64,000 nucleotides of DNA from positions 399,558 through 463,557 of the forward strand of contig OZ316891.1 in assembly GCA_973895155.1 (NCBI GenBank), written 5' to 3'. Position 1 is the stretch's first letter; the number at the start of each line of letters is the position of its first letter. Below, piece by piece: positions 24,291 to 35,039 of the stretch. The notes under the pieces were generated by a model that worked only from the letters and a program-made list of their open reading frames with translations, was not told the DNA's origin and did not search any database. This DNA is from Marsupella aquatica. Its lineage: Eukaryota; Plantae; Marchantiophyta. A program made the position numbers and the translations under genes.

Positions 24291-25541
24291 GTGTTGTTAA
24301 AATGTGATGTTGTAGTCATTTTCAGGTTATCACGTGCAGCGACGCGTCATGTCACCCCCTTTTCTTGTCATTTTTTATGTGTGGTAATCGGAAACGTTGA
24401 CAGGCAATTGCTGTCATATTAAAATAATAATATTTAGGTATTTTCGGAATTTCCAAAGTTTGGTTTTCCTTAAATTGGGGTTTTTCCTCATTATTTTCCC
24501 CAGCTCAAATATTGGACTGCCATTTAGTTCTTTAAGCTTGTCTTCTCTAACACCATGGAAGATTCGACTTACTAAGTAATTACTTGAACCAGAGTGAACT
24601 AGACATTTTCCTTAGGCATGGTACGAGTTACTTACACTTTCTAATCTTCAGTGGGATAGAGAAGATCGAGAAACGTCTCGTTCACACTCACACCGACCTT
24701 TATGGGATTGTTCACTGAATGCAAAAAGTGGAAGTTTAGTGCATTGATAACACAAACTTGATTGAACACGTAGCATAGGACCTAAAAAACAAGCCACAAA
24801 CCCTAAACCCTGGATATTGAAATGACCATGCGCATTCCCGTTTACCACAGTACTCCCGATCAATGGCTGTCATGACACACTAATAGATGTATTATCCTGA
24901 TGCACAAAGAACAGTGGCTGAGATAAATTGTGAAATTCATGGGAAGACGAGTCAGACAATCCCGCCCAATTAATATAGTCTCCAACCAATCACATTCATG
25001 ATTTGAGGTGAGACATGACATACGACAATCGCTGATGCAAGGATCTAAGAATCGTCTCAATCCAAGGAACGAAACATCTCACGACATCATGGACAATTTA
25101 CAATGACAAAATACAAGATACAAAACAAGATACAAAAGAGGACAGCACAACAGATCGAGTTGTTGGCTTGGAACATTCAAGAAGAATGACAAAGAGACTC
25201 TACAGTCTATCTTACCTTCACAAACTCTGAAAGTTTTTACAAGCATTACAATGTGCAAATGAATGAGCTCTCAACTGAAGACCAAAATTATTCTCGCCTA
25301 CACTGAAACAGAGTCCACAAACTGTGCCCAACCTCCGTCATTCAGCTCAAATGATCTTTGTAGGCCCTCGACTTAGTCAGCTTGGTTTACCTTGCCTCTA
25401 CTCTTGCCAGCTCCACCTTGAAGCCTCCCCAGTCAAACCTGCCCAACCTTCACTCGATCAATTGAAAGTATACAATGCAAATGCCTACAACGCAAATAGT
25501 TTAAATTGAGCTTACCTCACTCGCTGTCGCAACACTATTGT

Positions 25542-25764
25542 TGTGATGCCTAGCCAGGAATCACTAGGCCAATTTAAATGAAAAATCAGGAGTGTACCCT
25601 AGAAACACATTAGTATAGTAACAAAAAACATGGAAAATATAAACAATTAAGGGTGACTATGGAACCTGAGCCGAGGCCGGAAGTAAGGACGTCGGGGGAG
25701 GGAACACGATTAGGGTTAGGGCGCGCTAAGTGTCGGCGGCTAGGGGTAACCAACGGGAAGGAAG
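25542..25764 (+). mobile_element. 5' end fragment of a diverged giant LTR
   Basis: TGTGATGCCTAGCCAGGAATCAC...ATGGAACCTGAGCCGAGGCCGG matches the LTR start (reverse complement of 42667 leftwards). Homology stops abruptly at TGTGAC (25765). Confidence 0.85.
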
Positions 25765-27131
25765 TGTGACGCCGATGACATGGTCCTTATTCTTTAATCT
25801 GAGTAACTAGGTTGCTGTATGCAAGGAGTAGCTATTGATACCGCATAACAATTAGCAAGCTGGCAAGAATAAGGGCAATCATGGCGTTAAGAGTAGGGAT
25901 AAAGGTATTTCAGCTTGAAGGCTGCACAACCAAGGCAGACACAGTTGAGGTAGTCACTGTCAAGGCCACAAAGGAGAAGCTGGGGAAGAGAGGAGGAAGC
26001 TAGTCTCCATAACTGAATATGAAGCTGTGTGGTATGGTGATTGTTCTCATGATAAAATCTGAATGTCTTGGGTGTGTAGCTTCATGTTGTTAGTTAGGTT
26101 AGTGGTTCATAGTCTAGTCTTAGAATGTTAGGGAAATAAAATGCTATGTCGCGGGTGGTCGGCGACCATATCTCTTTCAATATGTCACCAAATCCGGATC
26201 TGTAAAGAGCATTGGAAAGATCTGGTCAAGGCGAGTAAAATCGATATAAAACACTCGGGAAACGGAGGTGTATTAAGGAAGATACGGCCTGATTAGTGTG
26301 ACTGGTTAACTTGTGGCCGGAATTAGCGGGTTCGGCTTCAGTTTCGGGTTAACCCAAGCTCGAGGAATTGTACGATGCGAGGAAACAGGAGATTTTGCTA
26401 GCGAGGCAACATTGTTAGCGAAGCATTCTGGCGGATAAATTTCTCTCACATTCCACGAAAACAATGCCAAAACAGTATCAATTTTCCACCTCTTACAATA
26501 ATGAAAAGAATATGACAATGAAAAATCCTGCATGATTTTCATAAGTATTCCATACTTGAGCCACACACGTTTTAACCATCTAAAAAGGATCACCAAAACT
26601 AGAAACTCCCATCAAAATATGGAACCTCTTTACATTGAAAGTGTGGATCGCCAACAACTTCAAGACAGAAAAACGGGAAGAGTCGACCTCGACCAGTACA
26701 TCCAGTCCTACTTACTCTTACTTGTTCAGTCATAAACTTCATCCTCTGATTCATCAGAGATGTCACTACTACTAGGATCGCTACTGGTCTCCCTCTCCAT
26801 GGACTCGGCAGACTCATCTAAATACTGACAGACTGTCCCCGCCTCAGTGTCGATAAACCTTGAACAATCCAGATATCTTCGAGCACCTCTCATGGACCGA
26901 AGTCCTTTCGCCTCCCAAGTCAAGACAACAGGATCTTCATCAACCTGCCTCGCCGATGTCTCAGCATAGCACGGAAGAGTAAAAGGCTTCTCAGGAGTAA
27001 CCACAATGGACTTCTGGACTTCCCTCCGAAGACGAAATCTCTCCTCAGAAAATCAATCCACCCTCCTATCACTGACGCAACCACCGACATCAGTTGACGA
27101 AGAGCAACAAAATAAAGAAAACAAAAGAAAC

Positions 27132-30100
27132 TGTGGTGCGTCCCATGGCTCCCTAAACCCAAGAAACCCCCCAGCTCAAGCCGATTCCCGCAGGTTTCGT
27201 GCTTGGCGAGGCCGTTTCCGCGGCTTAGCGGCATGGGACGCTGCTAACCTTCTACTACTACTATTAACATTTTACACACATATACTGGACAGATTCTTCA
27301 TCGGGTCATGAGATACGTAGCCGGCCTAATATAGGCCTTCCCTTGTCTTCCCCTGTCTTCCCCTCCGTCTTGTTAGGTATGTTTGGATTCCGCCGCCGGA
27401 ATGATCCCCAATAGGCTTGGTTAAGCCGCTAAGACCTCTCTCAGCTCGACACATCCAACTATCACTCCCCTGCTTACTTTCCTTCCTTCTGTTGATGTGG
27501 GCACTCTTCACACAAGTTAATGCGACACACAAATAGCAAAATGACTCATTCTGACTGAGTCATACCATGCACTTGCCATACAAACAGTACATCTCATACA
27601 CAAGTTCTGCGAACTAAGCCGTGAGGCCAACTCTATTCAGCTCTTAGGCATGAGGAAACATGAATATACACAAGGGTCACTGTATGACTAACCGAGAGCT
27701 TCTCGTACTACTTGATCCCAGCCCGGCTGGTGCAAACTAAAAACTTGCTAAAGAAGAGGCCCTGAGCTCCCCGCTGCCCAGGTACTTATCCTGGTAGTGG
27801 ATCCGCCATTCTTTGCATCGTAAGCCTAATCTACCTGACAGTAATCTACTTGCCCGAATCTACCTATGTACAGCAAGGCAGGAGCACAAGTGTTGCTCCT
27901 ACCAGTGGAACCGCAATCCCACTAAGCTAAGTGTCAGGGCCGCTCCTGGTTCTGATCCTAATCCTAAACGTGGAGATCCGCGCCCGCCCTGCCCACTCAC
28001 GCCTCCTCCCTCCACGTCCGCCCTCCCTAAAAGGAACGGCGCCCTTGCACCGTCACGACACCGGTGGTGGATCCTCAATGGACGCCCCCAACACTTCCTC
28101 CTCAGCCACTGCCGTTGGCCCGCCTACTGACAGATTACCTGCCCTTGACCGAGTCAACTCTCCATCGGCCTGACTGGGTCCACCTTCGGCTTCAGCCTCG
28201 ACACCGGCCTCGGCAATACCCACGGCTTCGGCCTCAGCCACTCCCACGGCTTCGGCTTCAGCCACTCCCTCGGCTTCGGCCTCCCCTTCCCCTAGGGTAG
28301 TTGGATCCTTAGCCGTGACCCTGTCTGGGGTCGGTGCTGGGTCTACCTCCTTGATCACCACGGCCTGTGAAGTCGTATTACTCCTTGACCCTGAAGGTTT
28401 CCGCTTCTTCTTCGTTGGTGGCTCGGCAGCTGGTCCCTTCCCCTTCCCACTTACTTCCGGCACTAGTGCAGTTGACGCGGCTTGTCCTTCGGCAATTACC
28501 ACCCCTGGTAACTGGTTTGTCCCAACGGGAGATGGACCTGCTGCAGCTAAGCATTTAAATACTGCGGCTTGTTTCTTCAGCCGCTCTGTTTGGTTGTCGG
28601 CCCGCCGCTGTAGGTTCTCCATCTTCCTCGTGATTTCCTCCAACTCCTCTTGGGTTTCATCCAGGTCCTTACGTGCCCCCTCCAGCTCGTTTTTGGCCTC
28701 CTCCTGCTCCCTGTGGGCTTCCTCCAATTCCTTCTTCAAGGTAGCCCTCTCCTCCTGGGTTGCTCTTAGCTCCTTGTCGAGCTCTGCAATGATGACAGAC
28801 TCCATCTGGTTCATCTTGGCGTAAGTCTGTTCGAGCATCTCGTCCTTCTCCCTTAGGTCGGCCTTGAAGCTGGCCGTCAGGGACGCAAGCTCCTGCTGCA
28901 GCGCCATAATCCCTTGATAGGATTTCCCTAACTCGACCTCCTTCTGCTCAAGGGCTCCGCGGATTTTCTCGAGCTCCCCTTTCAACGCCCATTCCTTTCT
29001 TTGGGTCTCCGCCATGGCCCGGCTGTTGGCTGTTATGTGGGCCTCCTCTGTATTCTTCAGCTCTTGCTTCCACTTCTCCCTCTCTTTGATCGTGTCGGCC
29101 AACTCTTCCTGCGTCTGAGTCAGTTTATCCTTGATATTCTGATTATCAGCCTGCGCGGCGTCCAACTGCCCCTGCATGATGTTCAGCTCATGTCGTTTAA
29201 TCCGCAGTTCATCTTGGGCTTTCTTGGCCGCCCTTAGATCTTCAATCTCGGCTTCCATCCTCCTAAGCCGCCGAATGACCTCGTCCTTCTTGCTTCTCTC
29301 TAAAGCCACCGCTTCTTCTAATTGGTGCTTCTCCAACTGCTCCCTATGAAAAAAGGGTCCTACCTCCAACTCCTCTCCAAAGATGCCAAGCGCAAGTTCC
29401 CCACATATCTCACCATACTCCATGGCTCTATTCTTAGCGTAGGTGGAGTAAGTAGAAGTGATCGGCATCGCCCATCGTGGCCTCTGCTCCCACGCCGTCC
29501 TGCGGATCTCTTCAATCGTGGCTAGAGGTTTGCTTCCTTTTTCGGCTAGCCGCCTGATGTCCTCCGGCCAATCTCCTCCTGGTAAATCCTTTTCCTTAGC
29601 CAGGGCGGCCTCTTCCTCCTGCTTGATTCGCTCCTGAAATTCCTGCACCGTCTGTTTTATGCCGTCGAAGCTCGGGGGAGCAACATCTGGTGGGGGAGAC
29701 TCAGGGCTACTCTGCTGGTTGGGGTCCCCTCGCACTACCCTTGGAAGTGTGGGGACAAACCGGCCACAGGTCCTTACTCCTGGAACGTGATGGTCCGACC
29801 CATAGCCGGAATTATCATGGCTGCAGTCCTCCACTGCCTCCTCTACCTCTTGGACGTCCGGCTTCTCCCTCTCCTCTTCCTCGGTAGGAGCTTCAGGCAA
29901 TTCTGCCTCAGATTCGGAGCTTGAGGTTCCCACGTACATTCGAACACCTGGCTTGGATTCCGGCCTGATTCTCTTCTTGTCTCCAGCAAAGGGGTTTTCT
30001 CTTGTGAGCCGGTGTAGGCCTACCTCTGTAGTAGTGTCCTGCATTGTTGCCGTTGCCGTTGTTGTTGCCGATGCCGATTTCTTTTCTTTCTCCAGTAGTT

Positions 30101-31784
30101 TCAGCAGACTCTGCATGCCTGGTTGCTGCATCGGCAAGTCTTCCTTCCTGGGCCTAAACACCTGCTCGATCGTAGGACTAACAGGTGGTTGAGGCTTCTC
30201 AGCCAACGGCCTCGGCGTTGGAGCTTCCTCGGGTGCCCTTACCTGCAGGGGAAGTACCGGGGCAAAAGTCTGACCTCTAGCATACCGGCACAACAGCGGC
30301 ATGTGATAGCCAAGCCGCGACACGCTTCCCATGCCGATTACCTGCTGCTCCTCCTTTAAGATCTTCTTCAATTGGTTGAGGAGGTACCCGTTGTAGTCCC
30401 GGCTTGGGTCTGGCCTTTCTGCCAGATAGACCTGTGCTTTGCCGATCTCTGCCCTCGGCAAGTTACAATGCATGGTCACCCGCAAGAAGTCGATCATCTC
30501 TCCTATGTGCGGGTTGGTGCAGGTGTTCCGGAAGAAGCCATTCTTCGTTGATGGCCCGGGGAACGACCGGAACTCCTTGTCAGGCAAGGTCTTCCTGGTA
30601 TCAACTTTGGTCTTATTGCCTATCGGCAAGCCAAACACTTCGGCAATTACCTTGGGAGTAAGATAGAAATCCTTCCCATATATCCTCGTGCAATTGGTCT
30701 CGGGTTCCCATGACCCCACGAATTCTAATAGGTCTGACTCCGGTACCTCCGGCTTCAGCCATGGTAATCTTACAAAGGCCTCCAAGCCGGATCCGGCCCT
30801 TGGTACTTCTTGGTCGGCATGGCCGTAAAGCATGCATCCTCCTCCCGTGCAAAATGTAGTTGCACCTCCACCGGTAGGGTTTCCGCCCAGCCCTTCCAGG
30901 TGTCATCCCTGGTTGGAATGGCCTTGATGGGATCGACCTCCTCCTCTTCGGCTTCTCCGTGCCCCTTGCTCTGCTGCTCGGCTGGCTTCTTTGGTGCCGC
31001 CGACCTCGTTCTTTTTGCCGGGGTGGCTTCATCGTTGACGGCCCCCTTCCTCTTCATCTCTGCTGCCGTGGAGGTTTCTCCTAGCACCGTTGCCCGGGTC
31101 CACCTTTCCGTGCTACCCTTTAATTCCCAGTGTATGTCGTTGCAGTTCTTGATGGCCTCTCGGATGCCGACGACGCTGTCTTTGCAAAACAGAAGATCGT
31201 CGAGTTGATTGGAAGTAGGCGTCCACAGGAACTCGTCCTTGATGAGTTCGCCTCCTAAGAAAGCCGTCTTGTGCAGCTCCCACAATCGAGCGAGCTCCTG
31301 CCGTTCTCGAGCTGCCCTTTCTGACTCCTCGTCCTCGTAAGTCTTGATGTACTCAGTTGCCCGTTCGAACAGGCATCCCCAGAAATGTGCCGCTTGATTG
31401 ACGTTGCTCATACCCTCCTTAGGTCGATCGTCGGTATCTACTCTCTCCCCGAGTGCTTGCCTAAGCAGCTGACAGTAGTTGGCCTCCCGTAGTCGTCTGC
31501 CTAGTTCGTGCTCGCAAATGAGCCACCATCTCCTGCAAGCGCTCCTTACCCCTCTCCTCTACCGGTCCTTCTTCCCGTTGATCCTTCCTAGCCGCCGACG
31601 CTTAACGCGCCCTAACCCTAATCGGGTTTTCACCCTCAGCCTTACCTCCGGCCTCGGCCCGGGTTCCATGGTTGCCCCTAATTGTTTATATTTTCCTGGT
31701 TTTGTCCCTATACTAAGGTGTTCCTAGGGTGCCTTCCTGCTTTACCCACTTAACCGGTCGAGTGATTCCTGTCTAGGCATCACA
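27132..31784 (-). repeat. 3' LTR (4653 bp)
   Basis: Direct repeat of 38009-42667; bounded by the TSD and the PPT. Confidence 0.97.
28053..31411 (-). pseudogene. LTR-encoded accessory ORF, frameshifted copy
   Basis: A 7-bp deletion (ATGAAGC on +, near 30798) relative to the other LTR splits the ORF into 30770-31411 and 28053-30833. Confidence 0.92.
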
Positions 31785-34700
31785 TAGCTCCCCACTTAAT
31801 TGTGAAGCGTCCTCGCGAACAACTTCATCTTCGTCCATATAGTATTTCTTGAGGCGGTCATAATGGATGCGAACTGGATATACCTCTCCCGTAATGTTGG
31901 CCAATTGCACGGAGCCATTGGGGAACATCATGGTTACTCTAAAGGGTCCTAACCAGCGAGTGTAAAGCTTTCCTGGAAACCTATTATACCTACTGTCATA
32001 AAGTAGCACAAGATCACCGGTATGAATACTAACTACTTTTAACCTTTTATCATACTGCTGCTTCATGATATTTTGTCTATATTCTACTCTCTCGGCTGAA
32101 ATCATTCTCGCTTCCTCTAAAGCTTCTAACCTATATTCTCGCTCCTTTAGGCTCTCCTCCGCTGAGGCTCTTTCCTCAATTGTAACTTGAAATGTCGGTA
32201 TCTCAAGTTGCATGGGTACCAGGGCTTCTTGTCCAAAGGTTAAGAAGAAGGGTGTATGACCGGTAGTGGATTTATAGGCAAGATTGTAAGCAAAAACAGC
32301 AGCAAACAATTTATCATCCCAATCGAGTTTGTTCTGAGCTACTGTCTTGTTCAATATCTTTCCTATGATTCCGTTTGCTCGTTCTGTCAACCCGTTTGCC
32401 TTTGGATGGTAGGGAGTAGTAGGCCTATGTTTAACTAAATACTGCTCATTTAAACGACTAATTATATCATTCAAAAAATGGGTTCCTCTATCACTAACTA
32501 ATTCTAGGGGTGCTCCATACCTGGTGAAGATCTGCTCATACATGAATCTAGCCGTAGTAATTGCATCATCCTTCGTTGTTGGTCTGGCCTCTACCCATTT
32601 AGTTGCATAATCCGTAGCCAGGATTATGTACTTGTTCCGTTGAGGGTGGGTCAGTGGTTTCAGAGGTCCAATGTAATCAATACCCCACTTCTCGAATGGT
32701 GCCAGAGGTAGAATAGGGTGCAGTGGATGCCTGGTGGACGCCCTTGGTCCTCCCGCTCGTTGACAAGGATCGCATTGTTTGATAAACTGATAGACATCTT
32801 TGTGCAAGGTGGGCCACCAGTAACCGGCATTTAATATCTTCTTAGACGTGGTTACTGGGGCAAAATGTCCTCCGGCCTCCTCTCCATGCATGGCCCGTAG
32901 GACTCGTTTTACCTCTCTCTTTTCCAAACACCTTTGAATCGTGCCGTTGATTCCATGCTTGTGCAGTATGCCTTTAATGCACTGATACTGTCTGACCTTC
33001 CGTACAAAGACTGCGGCTTGCTCTCGGCTTAATCCTGGCTGTAATCTGGAAGTGCTGAGAAATTGTAAAATCTCAGGGTACCATGTACCAGCTATCTCCA
33101 CAACGAATAGCTCCTCGTCGGGGAATCGATCATCGATGCAATCCGTGGCAGGTTTACCTGTGATCCTTGAAAAGAAGTCGGCATTGGCATGTAACTTTCC
33201 CGGCTTGATCCTCAGCTCATAGTCAAACTCCTGTAATAGCAAAATCCATCTTGCTACTCTGCCTGTAAGGTCCGGCTTATTGACTAGGTACTTCAAACTT
33301 TCATGATCAGTATGAAAGATTACCTTGTACCCTAGTAAATAATGCCTAAACTTTTTACAAGAATAAATGACTCCTAATGCTTCTCTTTCCGTGGTAGAGT
33401 AGTTCCGTTCGGCATCGGCAAGCTGACGGCTTGCGAAGTATATGGGATGGTCCCTTCCTTTCTCATCCAACTGACTTAGTACTGAGCCAATACAGAAGCC
33501 CGAGACATCTACAAAAACATGAAAATCTTTGTTCCAGTCCGGTGCTATCATGACTGGGGCCTCTACTAACATCTGCTTCAATTCTACCACCGCTGTGACT
33601 CGTTCGGGTGTGGGTTCGAAGTCTGCTCCTGCCTTGAGCATATTGGTTAATGGTAAAGCCAGCTTGGCAAAATCCTTGATGAACCGGCGATAGTAACCAA
33701 TGCATCCCAAGAAGGATCTTACATCCTTTATGTTCTTAGGTTGCATGATATCTAGCCATACTGCTAGCTTACCTTTGTCAATCTCAATGCCCTTCCTTGA
33801 TACCTTGTGACCTAGTAGCACCCCCTCGGTTACTGCAAAAAAACATTTATCTGGGTGTAACTTGAGACCCACCTCTCTACATCTCATGAAGGTTTTCCTG
33901 AGGTATTTAGCATGTTTCGATGCCTTCCCGAATACTGCAAAGTCATCAATGAAGATTTCCATGAACTTTCTCAAGTAATCATGAAAAATGTTCACCATTA
34001 ATCGTTGGAACATAGCTGGTGCGTTGCAGAGTCCAAACGGCATACGATTGAAGACATAGATCCCCCATTCCGTGATGAAGGCCGTCTTGATTTGGTCTTC
34101 CTGCCGAATCCTGATTTGGTTATAACCAGAGTATCCATCCATGAATGAATATAGTTCATGACTGGCTACCATGTCTAGTACCATATCAGTAAACGGTAAA
34201 GGAAAATGGTCTTTTAATGTTGCTTCATTCAGCTTCCTGTAATCCTGACAAACCCGGATCTTGGGTTTACCATCGGGTCCAGGTTTCTTGGGAACTATCA
34301 CAATTGGAGACACCCAGTCTGAATGCAGGACTGGAGTGATGAATCCAGCTTCCACTAGTTTGTCGATTTCTGCTTTGACCAGCAGGGAATACTTCGGGTT
34401 CATCCTTCGAATTGGTTGTCGAAATGATTTGGCTCCTAACATGAGATCAATTTGATGTTCCCCTAGTGTTGGATCTACTCCCTTTAGATCTTGGTGACTC
34501 CATGCAAACACATCCTGAAATTCAATCAATAAGTCACTGATCTCTTTCTCGAGCTCAGGTGCTAGGTTTCTCCCTAAGTTCAGTTCTCTTCCCTCTCCTA
34601 AGTCAAGCTTCCGATATTGCCGTGCTTGGATCATATTAATCTGCTTCTTCAAATTCGGGTCCAGTTCGGCTTCCAGTCTCTCTAATCTCATACCTCCATA

Positions 34701-35039
34701 AACTGGGATCTCGGCTGGACTAGCCGAGTCGGTCCCTTCCTTGGTGTCCATAGATTGTCCCCTTACCGGTCTATTTGGTTTTGAATTAGTGGTCGGCTCC
34801 CCTTCCTGCCTTGGCTCTGGATCGTGTCTGTCCATCTCATCCACCTCTTGCTCCTGAGAGTTAGGCCGCTGTGCTCTCTCGGCTTCTAATAGGGCCTCAA
34901 TTTGTTCTGCCCTCGTAATCGGCTTGTATGCCGATCCCTTGGTATTTAATTTCTTGCCGATGATCGATGGCGTTGTGGACCCCGTCGGCTCTGCCACAAC
35001 GCCTGCAGAAAATCCACTGTCCCTGCTACTGCTCCCCAC
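31773..35039 (-). CDS. pol: Pol: reverse transcriptase, RNase H, integrase (intact; probably reached by -1 frameshift)
   Basis: CQDYRKLN, MDGYSGYNQI, MPFGLCNAP, FIDD; RH VDVSG..NYSTTERE; IN H-x6-H..CDPCQ, GIDYIG, SDRG, NGLTER, WLGPF. Confidence 0.96.
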   Translation of the reverse strand: MGSSSRDSGFSAGVVAEPTGSTTPSIIGKKLNTKGSAYKPITRAEQIEALLEAERAQRPNSQEQEVDEMDRHDPEPRQEGEPTTNSKPNRPVRGQSMDTKEGTDSASPAEIPVYGGMRLERLEAELDPNLKKQINMIQARQYRKLDLGEGRELNLGRNLAPELEKEISDLLIEFQDVFAWSHQDLKGVDPTLGEHQIDLMLGAKSFRQPIRRMNPKYSLLVKAEIDKLVEAGFITPVLHSDWVSPIVIVPKKPGPDGKPKIRVCQDYRKLNEATLKDHFPLPFTDMVLDMVASHELYSFMDGYSGYNQIRIRQEDQIKTAFITEWGIYVFNRMPFGLCNAPAMFQRLMVNIFHDYLRKFMEIFIDDFAVFGKASKHAKYLRKTFMRCREVGLKLHPDKCFFAVTEGVLLGHKVSRKGIEIDKGKLAVWLDIMQPKNIKDVRSFLGCIGYYRRFIKDFAKLALPLTNMLKAGADFEPTPERVTAVVELKQMLVEAPVMIAPDWNKDFHVFVDVSGFCIGSVLSQLDEKGRDHPIYFASRQLADAERNYSTTEREALGVIYSCKKFRHYLLGYKVIFHTDHESLKYLVNKPDLTGRVARWILLLQEFDYELRIKPGKLHANADFFSRITGKPATDCIDDRFPDEELFVVEIAGTWYPEILQFLSTSRLQPGLSREQAAVFVRKVRQYQCIKGILHKHGINGTIQRCLEKREVKRVLRAMHGEEAGGHFAPVTTSKKILNAGYWWPTLHKDVYQFIKQCDPCQRAGGPRASTRHPLHPILPLAPFEKWGIDYIGPLKPLTHPQRNKYIILATDYATKWVEARPTTKDDAITTARFMYEQIFTRYGAPLELVSDRGTHFLNDIISRLNEQYLVKHRPTTPYHPKANGLTERANGIIGKILNKTVAQNKLDWDDKLFAAVFAYNLAYKSTTGHTPFFLTFGQEALVPMQLEIPTFQVTIEERASAEESLKEREYRLEALEEARMISAERVEYRQNIMKQQYDKRLKVVSIHTGDLVLLYDSRYNRFPGKLYTRWLGPFRVTMMFPNGSVQLANITGEVYPVRIHYDRLKKYYMDEDEVVREDASQLSGELCDA
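31785..31799 (-). other. Polypurine tract, lying inside the pol coding sequence
   Basis: TTAAGTGGGGAGCTA immediately precedes the LTR TG; the pol stop (31773-31775) lies inside the LTR. Confidence 0.8.

Noticed and set aside
24292-25534. Possible solo LTR (TGTTG...CAACA) truncating Ulp1
   Set aside because: The flanking 5-mers (GAAAG vs CTATT) do not match, so the boundaries are unsupported.
25765-26190. Possible short LTR starting TGTGAC
   Set aside because: The right boundary and TSD could not be established.
31609-31622. Telomere-like CCCTAACCCTAA in the LTR
   Set aside because: Only two units, and they fall in the coding frame of the longest LTR ORF (RLGLG).
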